Source: Thermodesulfovibrionales bacterium (GTDB lineage Bacteria; Nitrospirota; Thermodesulfovibrionia; Thermodesulfovibrionales; SM23-35). From it: 64,000 nucleotides of DNA. The stretch is taken from contig CAVQRT010000007.1 in NCBI GenBank assembly GCA_963715195.1, positions 192,001 to 256,000 on the forward strand, given 5' to 3'. The notes beneath the pieces are model-generated. The model had not been told where the DNA came from, did not search any database, and saw nothing but the letters and a program-made list of their open reading frames with translations. Position numbers and translations under genes: made by a program. Shown piece after piece: positions 1 through 10,183 of the stretch; the first letter of the stretch is position 1; the number at the start of each line of letters is the position of its first letter.

Positions 1-56
1 CCGATGATATATTTATCCAGCTGTTCTACGATTTTTCGTGGTGTCAGATTATCCAT
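1..56 (-). CDS. hslU: ATP-dependent protease ATPase subunit HslU, N-terminus only (runs off window)
   Basis: Reverse strand from 56 reads [19 protein letters not shown], the typical HslU start; overlaps the hslV stop. Confidence 0.9.
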   Translation of the reverse strand, partial: MDNLTPRKIVEQLDKYII

Positions 57-582
57 TCAACTCCTCTATGATCACGTTATTATTTGTGTAAATACAGATG
101 TCAGAGGCAATGCTCATTGCTTTCTCGACAACCTCCCGCGCTGAAAGATTCGTGTTTTCGATCAAAGCCCGTGCGGCCGCCTGTGCATAAGGGCCCCCGG
201 AACCGATTGCGGAAACGCCGTCTTCCGGTTCAATGACATCGCCTGTACCCGAGAGAATAAATGTGTGTTCATGGTCGGCAATAATGAGAAGCGCTTCGAG
301 CCTTCTCAGGATTTTATCGGTTCTCCAGTCCTTTGCAAGCTCTACAGATGCCCGGGTAATATTCCCGCGGTACGATTCCAGTTTGCCTTCAAACTTTTCG
401 AACAGGGTGAAAGCGTCTGCCGTAGCTCCCGAAAATCCTGCGAGGACTTTTTCTCCATACATTTTTCTGATCTTGCGCGCATTCCGTTTCAGGACGGTGT
501 TCCCCATAGTGACCTGACCGTCTCCACCTATGGCAACGTTTCCGCCATTCCTCACACAGAGTATCGTCGTCCCTTTCAGCAT
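49..582 (-). CDS. hslV: ATP-dependent protease peptidase subunit HslV
   Basis: N-terminal TTI catalytic Thr, GDGQVT, GSGG and ICIYTN motifs. Confidence 0.97.
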   Translation of the reverse strand: MLKGTTILCVRNGGNVAIGGDGQVTMGNTVLKRNARKIRKMYGEKVLAGFSGATADAFTLFEKFEGKLESYRGNITRASVELAKDWRTDKILRRLEALLIIADHEHTFILSGTGDVIEPEDGVSAIGSGGPYAQAAARALIENTNLSAREVVEKAMSIASDICIYTNNNVIIEELNG

Positions 583-661
583 GGGTAATTCCTCAATAGT
601 AACGAATTGTCAGGCAAAGATTCTATCCCGTCAATAACGTGATATTATAAACCATTTGGAT

Positions 662-1537
662 TCAATCTTTTTTTGCCAAGGGATGTGCCTTATCATATAC
701 ATCCATGAGATGCGTTATGTCCAGATGCGTATACTTCTGAGTTGTTGAAAGCGATGAGTGGCCGAGGAGTTCCTGTATGACCCTGAGGTCTGCTCCTCCC
801 TGAAGCAGGTGGCTCGCAAAGGAGTGCCGGAGCGTATGCGGTCCGATTCGCCCGTGGAGTGCTATCGCACGCGCATATTTTACAACAATCCGCCGCACCC
901 CTCTCTCCGTTAATCGCTTCCCTGTCCTGTTCAGAAAAAGTGCCTCTTCATTCCTTTTGAGCAACATTCTCTCCACGATATATGATTTCATCGCATCGAG
1001 CGCCTTTGAACCAATGGGGACAATACGCTCTTTCTTCCCTTTTCCCCTGATCTTTACGAGGGATTCCTTCAGGTTCATATCGTCTGTATTGATTCCCGAC
1101 AGTTCACTCACCCTCAGGCCGCTTGAATAGAGGAGTTCAAGGATAGCCCTATCGCGGACAGGGATGAACCCGATTCCCTGGGGTTTTTCGACGAGGGAAA
1201 AAACATCATCAACTGAGAGGAACCTCGGAAGACGCTTTGGGACTTTCGGATTCGAAACGAGTTTCGCCGGATTGGTTTTCATATACCCTTCACGGTACAG
1301 GAATTTGAAGAAGGACCGGATGCTTGACAGGCGGCGGCTTACCGTTGTCCTGTTCAATCCCTTCTGTATCTGCGCCGCAATAAAACCACGGATATCAATG
1401 ACATCCAGACTATTGGGCATATCCCCGACGGATTCGGCAAACTCGTCGAGATCTCTTCTGTAGGCACGCACAGTATGGGACGATACACCCTTTTCAAGAT
1501 CAAGATAGCGGATGAATTTTTCGATGTAGTCTTTCAA
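662..1537 (-). CDS. xerC: Tyrosine recombinase XerC
   Basis: SGLRVSEL, HTLRHSFASH and LLGH..LSTTQKYT motifs; xerC-hslVU synteny; TTG start. Confidence 0.92.
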   Translation of the reverse strand: MKDYIEKFIRYLDLEKGVSSHTVRAYRRDLDEFAESVGDMPNSLDVIDIRGFIAAQIQKGLNRTTVSRRLSSIRSFFKFLYREGYMKTNPAKLVSNPKVPKRLPRFLSVDDVFSLVEKPQGIGFIPVRDRAILELLYSSGLRVSELSGINTDDMNLKESLVKIRGKGKKERIVPIGSKALDAMKSYIVERMLLKRNEEALFLNRTGKRLTERGVRRIVVKYARAIALHGRIGPHTLRHSFASHLLQGGADLRVIQELLGHSSLSTTQKYTHLDITHLMDVYDKAHPLAKKD

Positions 1538-1724
1538 TGAATATTATGTGTTCATCAAAAAGATAAATGAGAAAAGTGCAGGTATTTGATAAATTTTATT
1601 TTGATACCTTAGTGTACATCGAATTGATGATTTAGTGAATATTTTTATCCGGATAGTGATGATAGATATTTCAACCAAATCATCAAGTTAAAAAATTATG
1701 TACACGATGTCTGCACCTTTACGG

Positions 1725-2660
1725 TTAGGGCTTGTCTTTGAGTACCGCCAAGGTCTTTTCGAGGCTGTCCATATCCTCAACATTGAAAACTGCTGCGGAT
1801 GCATCGATTCTCTTTATTAATCCTGACAGCACTTTTCCGGGCCCTACTTCCAGAAATGTGGTAATCCCGGAATCCATGATAGCCCTCACAGAATCCTCCC
1901 AGAGGAGCGGATGGTTGAGCTGGCGCACAAGTGATTTTTTTATTACCTGTGCATCGGTCAGGAACCGTGCATCGGCATTGCTGACAACGGGAACAGAGGG
2001 ATTGTTGAACACGATCGTATCGAGCAAATCCGACAGTTGCTGCGATGCCCCATCCATCAACCGGCAATGAGACGGAACACTTACGGCAAGAGGCACCGCC
2101 TTCTTTGCACCTGCACCCTTGCTGATTTCAATCGCTTCCACGACAGCTTCTTTTTCCCCTGCTATAACAATCTGCCCGGGGCAGTTATAATTTGCAGGTG
2201 CGGCATACCCTGACTTTACAGATAAGCAGATATCCGCAACCTTCCCTCTGTCAAGACCGAGAACCGCCGCCATTATCCCTTTCCCCTCGGGAATAGCTTC
2301 CTGCATAAAGAATCCCCTCTTTTCAGCAACCTTTATCGCATCGGAAAAAGATAATGCTCCCGCTGCCACAAGGGCGGAATATTCACCAAGGCTATGGCCG
2401 GCAACAACCGAAGGACTGATATCTTTTTCGCTGAGAACTCTGTGCAAGGCCATGCTTGCTGTGAGAATGCAGGGTTGTGTCCTGAACGTTCTGTTCAGTT
2501 CTTCGGCCGGACCGGAAAAGGATACCTGTGCTATATCGTAACCCAATGCATCAGAAGCTTCTGCGAAAGTTGCCCTCGCCACAGGGAAATTATCTGAAAT
2601 TTCCTTTCCCATTCCGACATACTGCGAACCCTGTCCGGGAAAGACAAAAGCAAGCTTCAT
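1725..2660 (-). CDS. fabD: Malonyl-CoA:ACP transacylase
   Basis: FPGQGSQ, GHSLGEY and VSVPSH motifs. Confidence 0.96.
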   Translation of the reverse strand: MKLAFVFPGQGSQYVGMGKEISDNFPVARATFAEASDALGYDIAQVSFSGPAEELNRTFRTQPCILTASMALHRVLSEKDISPSVVAGHSLGEYSALVAAGALSFSDAIKVAEKRGFFMQEAIPEGKGIMAAVLGLDRGKVADICLSVKSGYAAPANYNCPGQIVIAGEKEAVVEAIEISKGAGAKKAVPLAVSVPSHCRLMDGASQQLSDLLDTIVFNNPSVPVVSNADARFLTDAQVIKKSLVRQLNHPLLWEDSVRAIMDSGITTFLEVGPGKVLSGLIKRIDASAAVFNVEDMDSLEKTLAVLKDKP

Positions 2661-2662
2661 GC

Positions 2663-3856
2663 TCAGGATCCCCTGAATTCCCGTATTTTCTTGATCAGCA
2701 GCGGTACGATCTCATAGAGGTCTCCGACTATGCCATACGTCGCCACATTGAATATGGGAGCTTCAGGGTTCTTGTTGATTGCTATAATAACGTCTGATGA
2801 CTGCATGCCCACGAGATGCTGGACAGCCCCTGATATCCCGCAGGCAACATACAGTTTCGGACATACCGTTTTCCCCGTCTGTCCGACCTGATGCCTGTAA
2901 GGCATCCACCCGGAGTCAACAGCCGCCCTTGAAGAGCCGACTGCACCACCAAGGAGCTCGGCAAGCTCCTCAAGAAGTTTAAAACCTTTCGGGTCACCCA
3001 GTCCCCTTCCTCCGGAAACAATGATGTCTGCCTCCTGAAGATTCACCATGCAGTCTGATGTTTCTTTCACTGTCTGGAGAACCTTTGTACGTAACCGTAA
3101 TCCATCCGAGGTTACCTGGATGATATCCCCTTTTCTTGCTTCATCATACCCGCAGCGTTTCATCACCCTTGGCCTGACCGTGGCCATTTGCGGTCTGTAA
3201 TGCGGGCAGAGGATCGTGGCCATGATATTACCGCCAAAGGTAGGCCGTATCTGTAGAAGGTTTCCTGTATCCCTATCGATTTCAAGGGATGTACAGTCGG
3301 CGGTAAGACCTGTCCTCAGCCGTGCTGCAACCCGCGGGAAAAAAGAACGGCCGATCGGGGTTGCACCGGTGAGCACAATTTCAGGACGGTGCTGGAGAAT
3401 AAGTGAATGCAGTAATTGTGCGTACGGTTCATCATTGAAATGTTCGAAGACAGGATCAGTGGAGTGATAGACTCTGTCGGCACCCCATTTAATGAGCTCT
3501 TCTGCTTCTGCTGGCGCTGCGCCAAACAGAACTGCTGACAGGTCGGTAGCAAGAACATCAGCCAGCTTTCTTCCGATGCCGATGAGTTCATATGCAACAG
3601 AGGCGATCTTTCCCTCCCGCTGTTCCGCAAAAACCCATACGCCTTTATACGCATGGACATCTTCGGTGCCGGCCGGTGCTTCCCGTTGAACTTCGATAAT
3701 CGCTCCCTCCGGACAGATGCTGACGCAGGACATGCACGCCTCGCAATATTCGTTGATGAACGCCTTCCCTTCCTTCATCACGATTGCTTCAACAGGACAT
3801 GATGAGATGCATTCCCCGCAACCGTTGCATTTATCGGCATTGACAATTACAGGCAT
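2663..3856 (-). CDS. etfA: Electron transfer flavoprotein alpha subunit with N-terminal 2x[4Fe-4S] domain
   Basis: CNGCGECISSCP and CEACMSCVSICP, followed by GLTADCT, QVGQTGK and GISGAVQH. Confidence 0.95.
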   Translation of the reverse strand: MPVIVNADKCNGCGECISSCPVEAIVMKEGKAFINEYCEACMSCVSICPEGAIIEVQREAPAGTEDVHAYKGVWVFAEQREGKIASVAYELIGIGRKLADVLATDLSAVLFGAAPAEAEELIKWGADRVYHSTDPVFEHFNDEPYAQLLHSLILQHRPEIVLTGATPIGRSFFPRVAARLRTGLTADCTSLEIDRDTGNLLQIRPTFGGNIMATILCPHYRPQMATVRPRVMKRCGYDEARKGDIIQVTSDGLRLRTKVLQTVKETSDCMVNLQEADIIVSGGRGLGDPKGFKLLEELAELLGGAVGSSRAAVDSGWMPYRHQVGQTGKTVCPKLYVACGISGAVQHLVGMQSSDVIIAINKNPEAPIFNVATYGIVGDLYEIVPLLIKKIREFRGS

Positions 3857-4629
3857 TTTATCCCCCTGAGTTCCTGTAGCAGTGCGTCAACCTGTTCTTC
3901 GGGTGTACCTTCGAGCATTTTTCTCCCTGAACGCGCATCAGGCGTAAAGATATTTTTCACCTGTGTCGGTGAACCCTTCATTCCAAGATCACTTTCGTCT
4001 GCCATGATGTCGGACTGGCCCCATTTCTTAATGACTGCCTTCTTTGCCGCCATCTTCCCCTTCAGGGAGGGCAGCCTCGGTTCATTCAGTTCCTTGACGA
4101 CCGTTAAGAGTACCGGAAGGGAGGATTCGACCACATCATATCCTTCATCCATAAGCCTTTGAACCTTTATGGATGTATCAGTGATTTCTTCAATCTTTCT
4201 TACGTAGGAAATATGAGGGATATCCAGAAATTCGGCTGTTTCAGGCCCCACCTGCGCGGTATCGCCGTCGATCGCCTGCTTCCCGCAGATGATGATGTCG
4301 GCGCCGATCTTCCGTATTGCCTTTGAAAGCGTAAACGATGTTGCCCATGTATCAGAGCCGGCAAAGGATCTGTCCGAGAGAAGAATCGCATCGTCAGCAC
4401 CCATGGCAATAGCGTCCCTGAGGGCCGTTTCAGCCTGAGGGGGTCCCATGGTCAGAACGGTCACAGATCCTTTCGCCCTTTCCTTGATATGAAGCCCGGC
4501 CTCAAGAGCGTTGAGGTCAAACGGATTAATGATGCTCGGAACACCCTCCCGGATCAATGTACCGGTCTCAGGGTTTATCCTGACCTCAGCAGTATCAGGC
4601 ACCTGCTTGATGCACACAACAATATTCAT
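3847..4629 (-). CDS. etfB: Electron transfer flavoprotein beta subunit
   Basis: CIKQVPD, NPFD, GKQAIDGDTAQVGP and NEPR motifs. Confidence 0.96.
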   Translation of the reverse strand: MNIVVCIKQVPDTAEVRINPETGTLIREGVPSIINPFDLNALEAGLHIKERAKGSVTVLTMGPPQAETALRDAIAMGADDAILLSDRSFAGSDTWATSFTLSKAIRKIGADIIICGKQAIDGDTAQVGPETAEFLDIPHISYVRKIEEITDTSIKVQRLMDEGYDVVESSLPVLLTVVKELNEPRLPSLKGKMAAKKAVIKKWGQSDIMADESDLGMKGSPTQVKNIFTPDARSGRKMLEGTPEEQVDALLQELRGIKCL

Positions 4630-4756
4630 GACGAATCATCCTTTCGTGATAAGAAAATTTGCATATGAAGCGAATGTGTATTATACGACGGTAAATTTTG
4701 TGATGTAAAGGCAAACAACCTGTATACGTAAACTGTTGATCAAAACAGCATCAATA

Positions 4757-5491
4757 TTATTGTATCCCAATGCGAAAACGGTAGTTCATGTAGCTGAAGA
4801 TTGCCCCGTCAGGGATAATCTGTTCGAGTTTTAGTCCGTCGGATACATACTGCCCCTCTTTCATCGTCAGGCCGTTGACCCGTACTATTCTTGAAGCAGG
4901 ATCATCAGAGTACAGGAAAACAGAGAACCTCAAGTCAGGCAGCTTCTGCCTCAGGGAAGCAGGCAGTTCTTCAAGGCCATACAGCTTATTCGTATCGGGA
5001 GGCGGTATCTCCTTCTCAGGTTTCGGTCCAGAGAGCGCGTCAGCAGGAGATGCCTTCATGCCCTCCTGCTCGGTCTCTGTACTTTTTTGTTCAGGATGCT
5101 TTATGCCTTTTTTGTGTTCCCGCGGATTCGTGATGTCCTGGGATGAATTTCCGGTAATAGTCACCTCTTTCACGGGAATATGCTGACGTTCATCTGTTCT
5201 TGCTTGAGAAATGTTTTCTGTTTGGCTCTGCGTCAGATTCTGTGCCTGTGACTCATGAACCGCCTGATTCAATCGCTCCCGCTGTCCCGGAGTTTTCTGT
5301 GCGTACCAGATGCCAAACCATAATCCTGATACCAGGGTAATCACAAGCAATGTCCCTATAACCAGGGAAGACCGGGCAACACGGCCCTTCCTTTGGGGGT
5401 GAAGGTGGTCCTGAACAGTGAGCGGGTCGGGAATTAATGCACGTTTGCGCTCTCTTTCAGATTTTCTGAGTGCGTCAAGAATATACGACAT
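4757..5491 (-). CDS. exeB: General secretion pathway protein GspB/ExeB
   Basis: MSYILDALRKSERER N-terminus, one TM helix, C-terminal YSDDPASR..VNG..EG domain; downstream of exeA. Confidence 0.85.
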   Translation of the reverse strand: MSYILDALRKSERERKRALIPDPLTVQDHLHPQRKGRVARSSLVIGTLLVITLVSGLWFGIWYAQKTPGQRERLNQAVHESQAQNLTQSQTENISQARTDERQHIPVKEVTITGNSSQDITNPREHKKGIKHPEQKSTETEQEGMKASPADALSGPKPEKEIPPPDTNKLYGLEELPASLRQKLPDLRFSVFLYSDDPASRIVRVNGLTMKEGQYVSDGLKLEQIIPDGAIFSYMNYRFRIGIQ

Positions 5492-5508
5492 GATTCTTCA
5501 TCCTCCTG

Positions 5509-7101
5509 TCACCTTGATAGGAACGGCTCGTTTGTGCCGGATTTATTCAAAATGCAAATAAAAGTCTGTGATCCGACAATGCCGTCAACCTCAAGACCTT
5601 CACTGCTCTGAAATTTTTTCACCCGCTCGACAAGCCCATCATGGTAGATATCTGCCGGATTCGGATTTTCCTGTATTCCGGATAGGCGTGTCATTTGATT
5701 GTCCAGCCACCGAACTATAGGTCCCTGGTTTCCTGGATAGATGCCTCCGGAATAGTATTTTGGGGCTCTCCACAGGAGCAGGTACTCTCCCTTCCATCTC
5801 TTTTCGATCTCTGCCGCCTCTACATTTCTTGGTTCTTGTCCGACCACAATAACAGCGCTCTGCCCTTTCATTTCTTTCAGGAAAACAAAATATTCTCTTT
5901 CCTGATTATCGTGGAGCTTCAATACCGCAGGTCTGTTGAGAATACGCAGCGTTTTCAGGTCACCCTTCTTTTCAAGACAACGGAGGTCTTCTTTCCAAAC
6001 AGACCTGCACGCATCATCCGGCTCCTGCAGGGAGAACGGAATACTCCACTCCTGAAAGAGAGCCCGGTATGCCAGCCCTTTGCTGCTTTCAACAGGTACT
6101 CCGACAGGCCAATCCAATGAATCAGGATTCTGTGCTGCGGTGCTTTCTGCCTCTTCTTCCGATGTGACGCTTGTTTCAAAAAGGAACAGAGGGGTTTTTT
6201 GATAATACCATGTTGCGGCGAGCGCTGTCCCGCAAATGATAAAGACGAGTGCTGCAATGCTCCATGTTAATGTTCTTTTCTGCTGAACTCCCGGCTTCCC
6301 AAGAACTTCTCCGGCGGCCCTGACTAATATCTTCCTGTCGACATGCAACTTCCCCAGCACATACGCTCCCAGGAGAGCACGATCGCATATGATATTGATC
6401 AGCCGAGGGACACCCCGACTGAGCGAATGAAGTTTCCGAATAACCGTAACCGGAAAAATGTTGTACGATGCTCCGGCTACGAAAAGCCGGTGATTCACAT
6501 ATGCACCGACATCTGTTTTTGATAGAGGTCCCATGTGATAGCGCGCCGTTATTCGCTGTGACAGCTGGGACATTTCAGGCCTTGAGAGCATATCCCTCAA
6601 CTCGGGCTGACCGATCATGACTATCTGGAGCAGTTTCTGCTCGTTGGTCTCAAGATTCGTCAGAAGCCTGATTTGCTCAAGTACATCCGGTTCGAGATTT
6701 TGCGCCTCATCAATGAGAAGGACTGTTTTTCTTCCGAGTGAATGTGCATCAAGCAAAAATGCGTTGATCACATCCACAAAAATCTTTACGCTGGTACAGC
6801 CAGTGATATACGGTATCTGCAATTCATCGCACACGGTTGCGAGGAGCTCTTCGGCAGTCACTTTCGGATTGAGGATGAGAGCAATGTTTACATTGTCGGG
6901 GATCTGCTCGAGGAAGCAGCGGCTGACGGTTGTTTTCCCGGTACCGACGTCACCGGTAAGCAGGACAAATCCTCCATCGGTATTGATACCGTACATGAGG
7001 TGGGCAAGGGCTTCACGGTGCTGCTCGCTCATGAAGAGATACCGGGGGTCCGGCGCAATCGAAAAAGGCAGCTCCTTCAAACCAAAATGATGGGTGTACA
7101 T
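5509..7101 (-). CDS. exeA: ExeA/GspA AAA ATPase with C-terminal peptidoglycan-binding domain
   Basis: FGLKELPFSIAPDP, Walker A GDVGTGKT, Walker B LIDEAQ, TM helix, FQ...GL.VDGIVG. Confidence 0.92.
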   Translation of the reverse strand: MYTHHFGLKELPFSIAPDPRYLFMSEQHREALAHLMYGINTDGGFVLLTGDVGTGKTTVSRCFLEQIPDNVNIALILNPKVTAEELLATVCDELQIPYITGCTSVKIFVDVINAFLLDAHSLGRKTVLLIDEAQNLEPDVLEQIRLLTNLETNEQKLLQIVMIGQPELRDMLSRPEMSQLSQRITARYHMGPLSKTDVGAYVNHRLFVAGASYNIFPVTVIRKLHSLSRGVPRLINIICDRALLGAYVLGKLHVDRKILVRAAGEVLGKPGVQQKRTLTWSIAALVFIICGTALAATWYYQKTPLFLFETSVTSEEEAESTAAQNPDSLDWPVGVPVESSKGLAYRALFQEWSIPFSLQEPDDACRSVWKEDLRCLEKKGDLKTLRILNRPAVLKLHDNQEREYFVFLKEMKGQSAVIVVGQEPRNVEAAEIEKRWKGEYLLLWRAPKYYSGGIYPGNQGPIVRWLDNQMTRLSGIQENPNPADIYHDGLVERVKKFQSSEGLEVDGIVGSQTFICILNKSGTNEPFLSR

Positions 7102-7113
7102 GGGACTATGTAT

Positions 7114-7509
7114 CTAAAACTGCGGCAAACCGGTTTTAGAAAGAATATGCAGATGAATCTTCTCATCTGTTTGAATTCTCCTGAAAAGATCTTCTGCAAC
7201 TTTTCTGATATTTTCTTCATCATCTGCTGCCAGGACGAGGCGGAACCTGTTGAATCCTGCACTGTCCCTTTCCCTTTTTCCGATGTCGAACAGTCTCGGC
7301 AAAAGTTCCTTCATCGAATCTGCATTGTCCACTGAATAAACATAAACCAAAAGCCTGTTGCCGATATTGATGTTGCAGAGAATATTGAGGCCGTCAAGAT
7401 TGACATTCTTTTTACATTCGATATGCTGAAATACTTCTTCAGGACATCCGCAGCCAAGGGTATTCTGGGCAAAGGCCTTGATCTTGTCATTATCCATGCT
7501 GAATTTCAT
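7114..7509 (-). CDS. Hypothetical protein with LGCGCPEEVF motif
   Basis: 131-aa ORF with an upstream AAGGAG, co-oriented with exeAB. Confidence 0.75.
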   Translation of the reverse strand: MKFSMDNDKIKAFAQNTLGCGCPEEVFQHIECKKNVNLDGLNILCNINIGNRLLVYVYSVDNADSMKELLPRLFDIGKRERDSAGFNRFRLVLAADDEENIRKVAEDLFRRIQTDEKIHLHILSKTGLPQF

Positions 7510-7595
7510 ACTATCATTTCTACTCCTTATTTACAATACATCGGGCGGCTGAAAGTGATTGAACCGCACACTTCCTTCCGCTATAATGGAATACA

Positions 7596-8276
7596 ATGAA
7601 GATTGTACCAGCCGTACTCGCAGAACGAGAGAATGACTTCTTTTTCCTGATAAAACAAGCTGAGGCATTTACAGACTATGTCCAGATTGATATTATGGAC
7701 GGGTTCTTTGTCCCTTCCCGCAGTATCTCTTCCGCCGCAATCAACAGGCTCAAGACAACCTTAGACTTCGAAGTGCACCTTATGGTCAAGCATCCTTCTG
7801 CCTACATGACCATGGTGGATCATCCCCGACTGAGAAAAGTCATCTACCATGTCGAGTCCGGGGTGGAAGACATCACGTTCATCCACCAATTAAAAGACCG
7901 CGGGTTGGCCCCGGGTCTCGCAATAAAACCGGGAACCCCGATTAAAGGTTTTCACCATTTGATAGAGCATGTCGACACCCTGTTATTCATGACCGTTGAT
8001 CCCGGTTATTATGGAAGCCCTTTCAAACCTGAAGTTCTGGATAAGATAAAAGAGACACGCTCCCGCTTCCACAATATCCTTATTGGAGCAGACGGCGGTG
8101 TATCGCTCGATAACCTTCATCTATTTATCAATGCCGGAGTTGACTATGCCTGTGTCGGAAGCAGAATTTTTCTTGGTGACAATCCCGGTGATAACTTCAG
8201 GGGTTTTTTGAAGCGAATAGAAGAGGAATATGGCCAAGAAGATAGTCACGAGGTTTTTCAGCCTGACAAGGAATAG
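7596..8276 (+). CDS. rpe: Ribulose-phosphate 3-epimerase
   Basis: DIMDG.FVP, EVHLMV, MTVDPG and ADGGV motifs. Confidence 0.93.
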   Translation: MKIVPAVLAERENDFFFLIKQAEAFTDYVQIDIMDGFFVPSRSISSAAINRLKTTLDFEVHLMVKHPSAYMTMVDHPRLRKVIYHVESGVEDITFIHQLKDRGLAPGLAIKPGTPIKGFHHLIEHVDTLLFMTVDPGYYGSPFKPEVLDKIKETRSRFHNILIGADGGVSLDNLHLFINAGVDYACVGSRIFLGDNPGDNFRGFLKRIEEEYGQEDSHEVFQPDKE

Positions 8277-8304
8277 CGGAAAAGGAGGGAGTGGGGGAGA
8301 GAGA

Positions 8305-10143
8305 ATGACAACAATGGAACGATTGGAAAATATAGCAAGACTTATTCGCTATTATATTCTTACCTCAACAACGGCAGCGGGCTCCGGACATCCGACCTCA
8401 TCCCTCTCCGCTGCCGACTTAATGACCGCCCTTTTCTTTGGTGGAATTATGCGGTTCGACGCGGAACATCCTGAAAATCCGAACAATGACCGGATAATCT
8501 TTTCCAAAGGCCACGCATCCCCGCTTTTCTATTCCCTCTGGACCGTCGCCGGAAAAATTTCGGAGCAGGAACTGATGACAATGAGAAAATTCGGGAGTCC
8601 TCTGGAAGGGCACCCGACTGTTTCCTTTCCGTATACCGAAGCGGCAACAGGCTCCCTCGGACAGGGACTCTCTATCGGTGTGGGTATGGCGCTCAATGCC
8701 AAATACATCGATAAACTGCCTTACAAAACATTTGTTCTCCTCGGCGACAGCGAGATGGCAGAAGGTTCACAATGGGAGGCGATTCAGATTGCAGCATATT
8801 ACCGTCTGGACAACCTTATCGGGATCCTTGACGTCAACCGTCTCGGCCAGCGGGGCGAAACCATGTACGGACACAATCTTGACGCCTACCGGAAGAGGAT
8901 ATCCGCTTTTGGCTGGAAATCAATCGTCATTGACGGGCATTCTCTTGATCAGATCATTGTTGCCTATAGAAAGGCTCTCAGGTCAAAAGAGAAACCGGTT
9001 ATGATCATCGCAAAGACAATTAAGGGAAAAGGCTTTTCGTTCATTGAAGACAAGGATGGCTGGCACGGAAAGGCACTGAACAAGGAAGAATATGAACGGG
9101 GATTGATGGTGTTCGGTCCTGTTGATACATCGATCAGAGAACAACTTCGGAAACCCCTCAGAAAAAGGCCGGGGGAAACAGTCACTGTGAAACCGCCGGA
9201 TATTGCGTATTCCCCGGACAAGCCGGTGGCAACACGCAGGGCATATGGGAATGCGCTTGCGAGAATTTCCCCTGCATTTCCGGATATGGTGGTTCTTGAT
9301 GCAGAGGTCAGCAACTCCACCTTCTCCGGGATTTTCAATAACCAATATCCGGATCGTTTTTTCGAGATGTTTATCGCTGAGCAGAATATGGTCGGAACCG
9401 CACTGGGTCTGTCGCGAAGAGGGAAGATACCATTTATATCAAGCTTCGCTGCATTCCTTACACGGGCTTTCGATCAGATCAGGATGAGTCAGTATTCCGG
9501 TGCGAATGTAAAAATCTGCGGCTCCCATGCGGGGGTATCGATCGGTGAAGACGGACCGTCCCAGATGGGGCTGGAAGATATCTCCATGTTCAGGGCGCTC
9601 CTGAACAGCGTTGTGCTGTATCCATCTGATGCGGTTTCGACGGAAAGACTTGTAGAGGAAGCCGCCGGTCATCATGGTCTGGTCTATATCCGTACCACGA
9701 GGGCTGATACCCCGATTCTCTATAGCAATGATGAGGCATTTCCTGTCGGAGGCAGCAAACTCCTGCGAAAAAGCGATCATGACCGGTTGACCGTTATCGC
9801 TGCAGGCATAACCCTTCATGAGGCGCTCGCCGCCTATGGAGAACTGAAAGGCGCCGGAATCTTCATTCGTATCATTGATCTGTACAGCGTGAAACCGATT
9901 GATGCGAAGACTGTCACAGAAGCTGCGCACGATACCGGGGCGATCATCACTGTTGAAGATCACTTTGCAGAGGGCGGCATTGGCGAGGCTGTCCGGAGTC
10001 TCCTCAGCACAACACCAGTGCCGGTATACTCACTCGCTGTGAGAAAGATGCCGAAGAGCGGAAAACCGTTTGAGCTCCTGGATTATGAAGAGATTTCACG
10101 GAACTCGATCGTGAAAAAAGTCAGGGAGTTGACAGGAGAGTAA
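8305..10143 (+). CDS. tkt: Transketolase
   Basis: SGHPTSSLS, SKGHA, GSLGQG, ThDP motif GDSEMAEG, EDGPSQM; start placed at ATG 8305 after a G-rich SD. Confidence 0.95.
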   Translation: MTTMERLENIARLIRYYILTSTTAAGSGHPTSSLSAADLMTALFFGGIMRFDAEHPENPNNDRIIFSKGHASPLFYSLWTVAGKISEQELMTMRKFGSPLEGHPTVSFPYTEAATGSLGQGLSIGVGMALNAKYIDKLPYKTFVLLGDSEMAEGSQWEAIQIAAYYRLDNLIGILDVNRLGQRGETMYGHNLDAYRKRISAFGWKSIVIDGHSLDQIIVAYRKALRSKEKPVMIIAKTIKGKGFSFIEDKDGWHGKALNKEEYERGLMVFGPVDTSIREQLRKPLRKRPGETVTVKPPDIAYSPDKPVATRRAYGNALARISPAFPDMVVLDAEVSNSTFSGIFNNQYPDRFFEMFIAEQNMVGTALGLSRRGKIPFISSFAAFLTRAFDQIRMSQYSGANVKICGSHAGVSIGEDGPSQMGLEDISMFRALLNSVVLYPSDAVSTERLVEEAAGHHGLVYIRTTRADTPILYSNDEAFPVGGSKLLRKSDHDRLTVIAAGITLHEALAAYGELKGAGIFIRIIDLYSVKPIDAKTVTEAAHDTGAIITVEDHFAEGGIGEAVRSLLSTTPVPVYSLAVRKMPKSGKPFELLDYEEISRNSIVKKVRELTGE

Positions 10144-10183
10144 TTCCTGATTAAAGGATTCTCATTGAAGTTTCCCGACACGG

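Noticed and set aside
662..1537. Tyrosine recombinase as a mobile-element integrase
   Set aside because: Sequence and hslVU linkage fit housekeeping XerC; no att sites or cargo
1680..1706. dif-like site near xerC (CGTGTACATAA resembles a XerC arm)
   Set aside because: No XerD arm (TTATGTTAAAT) at 6-bp spacing
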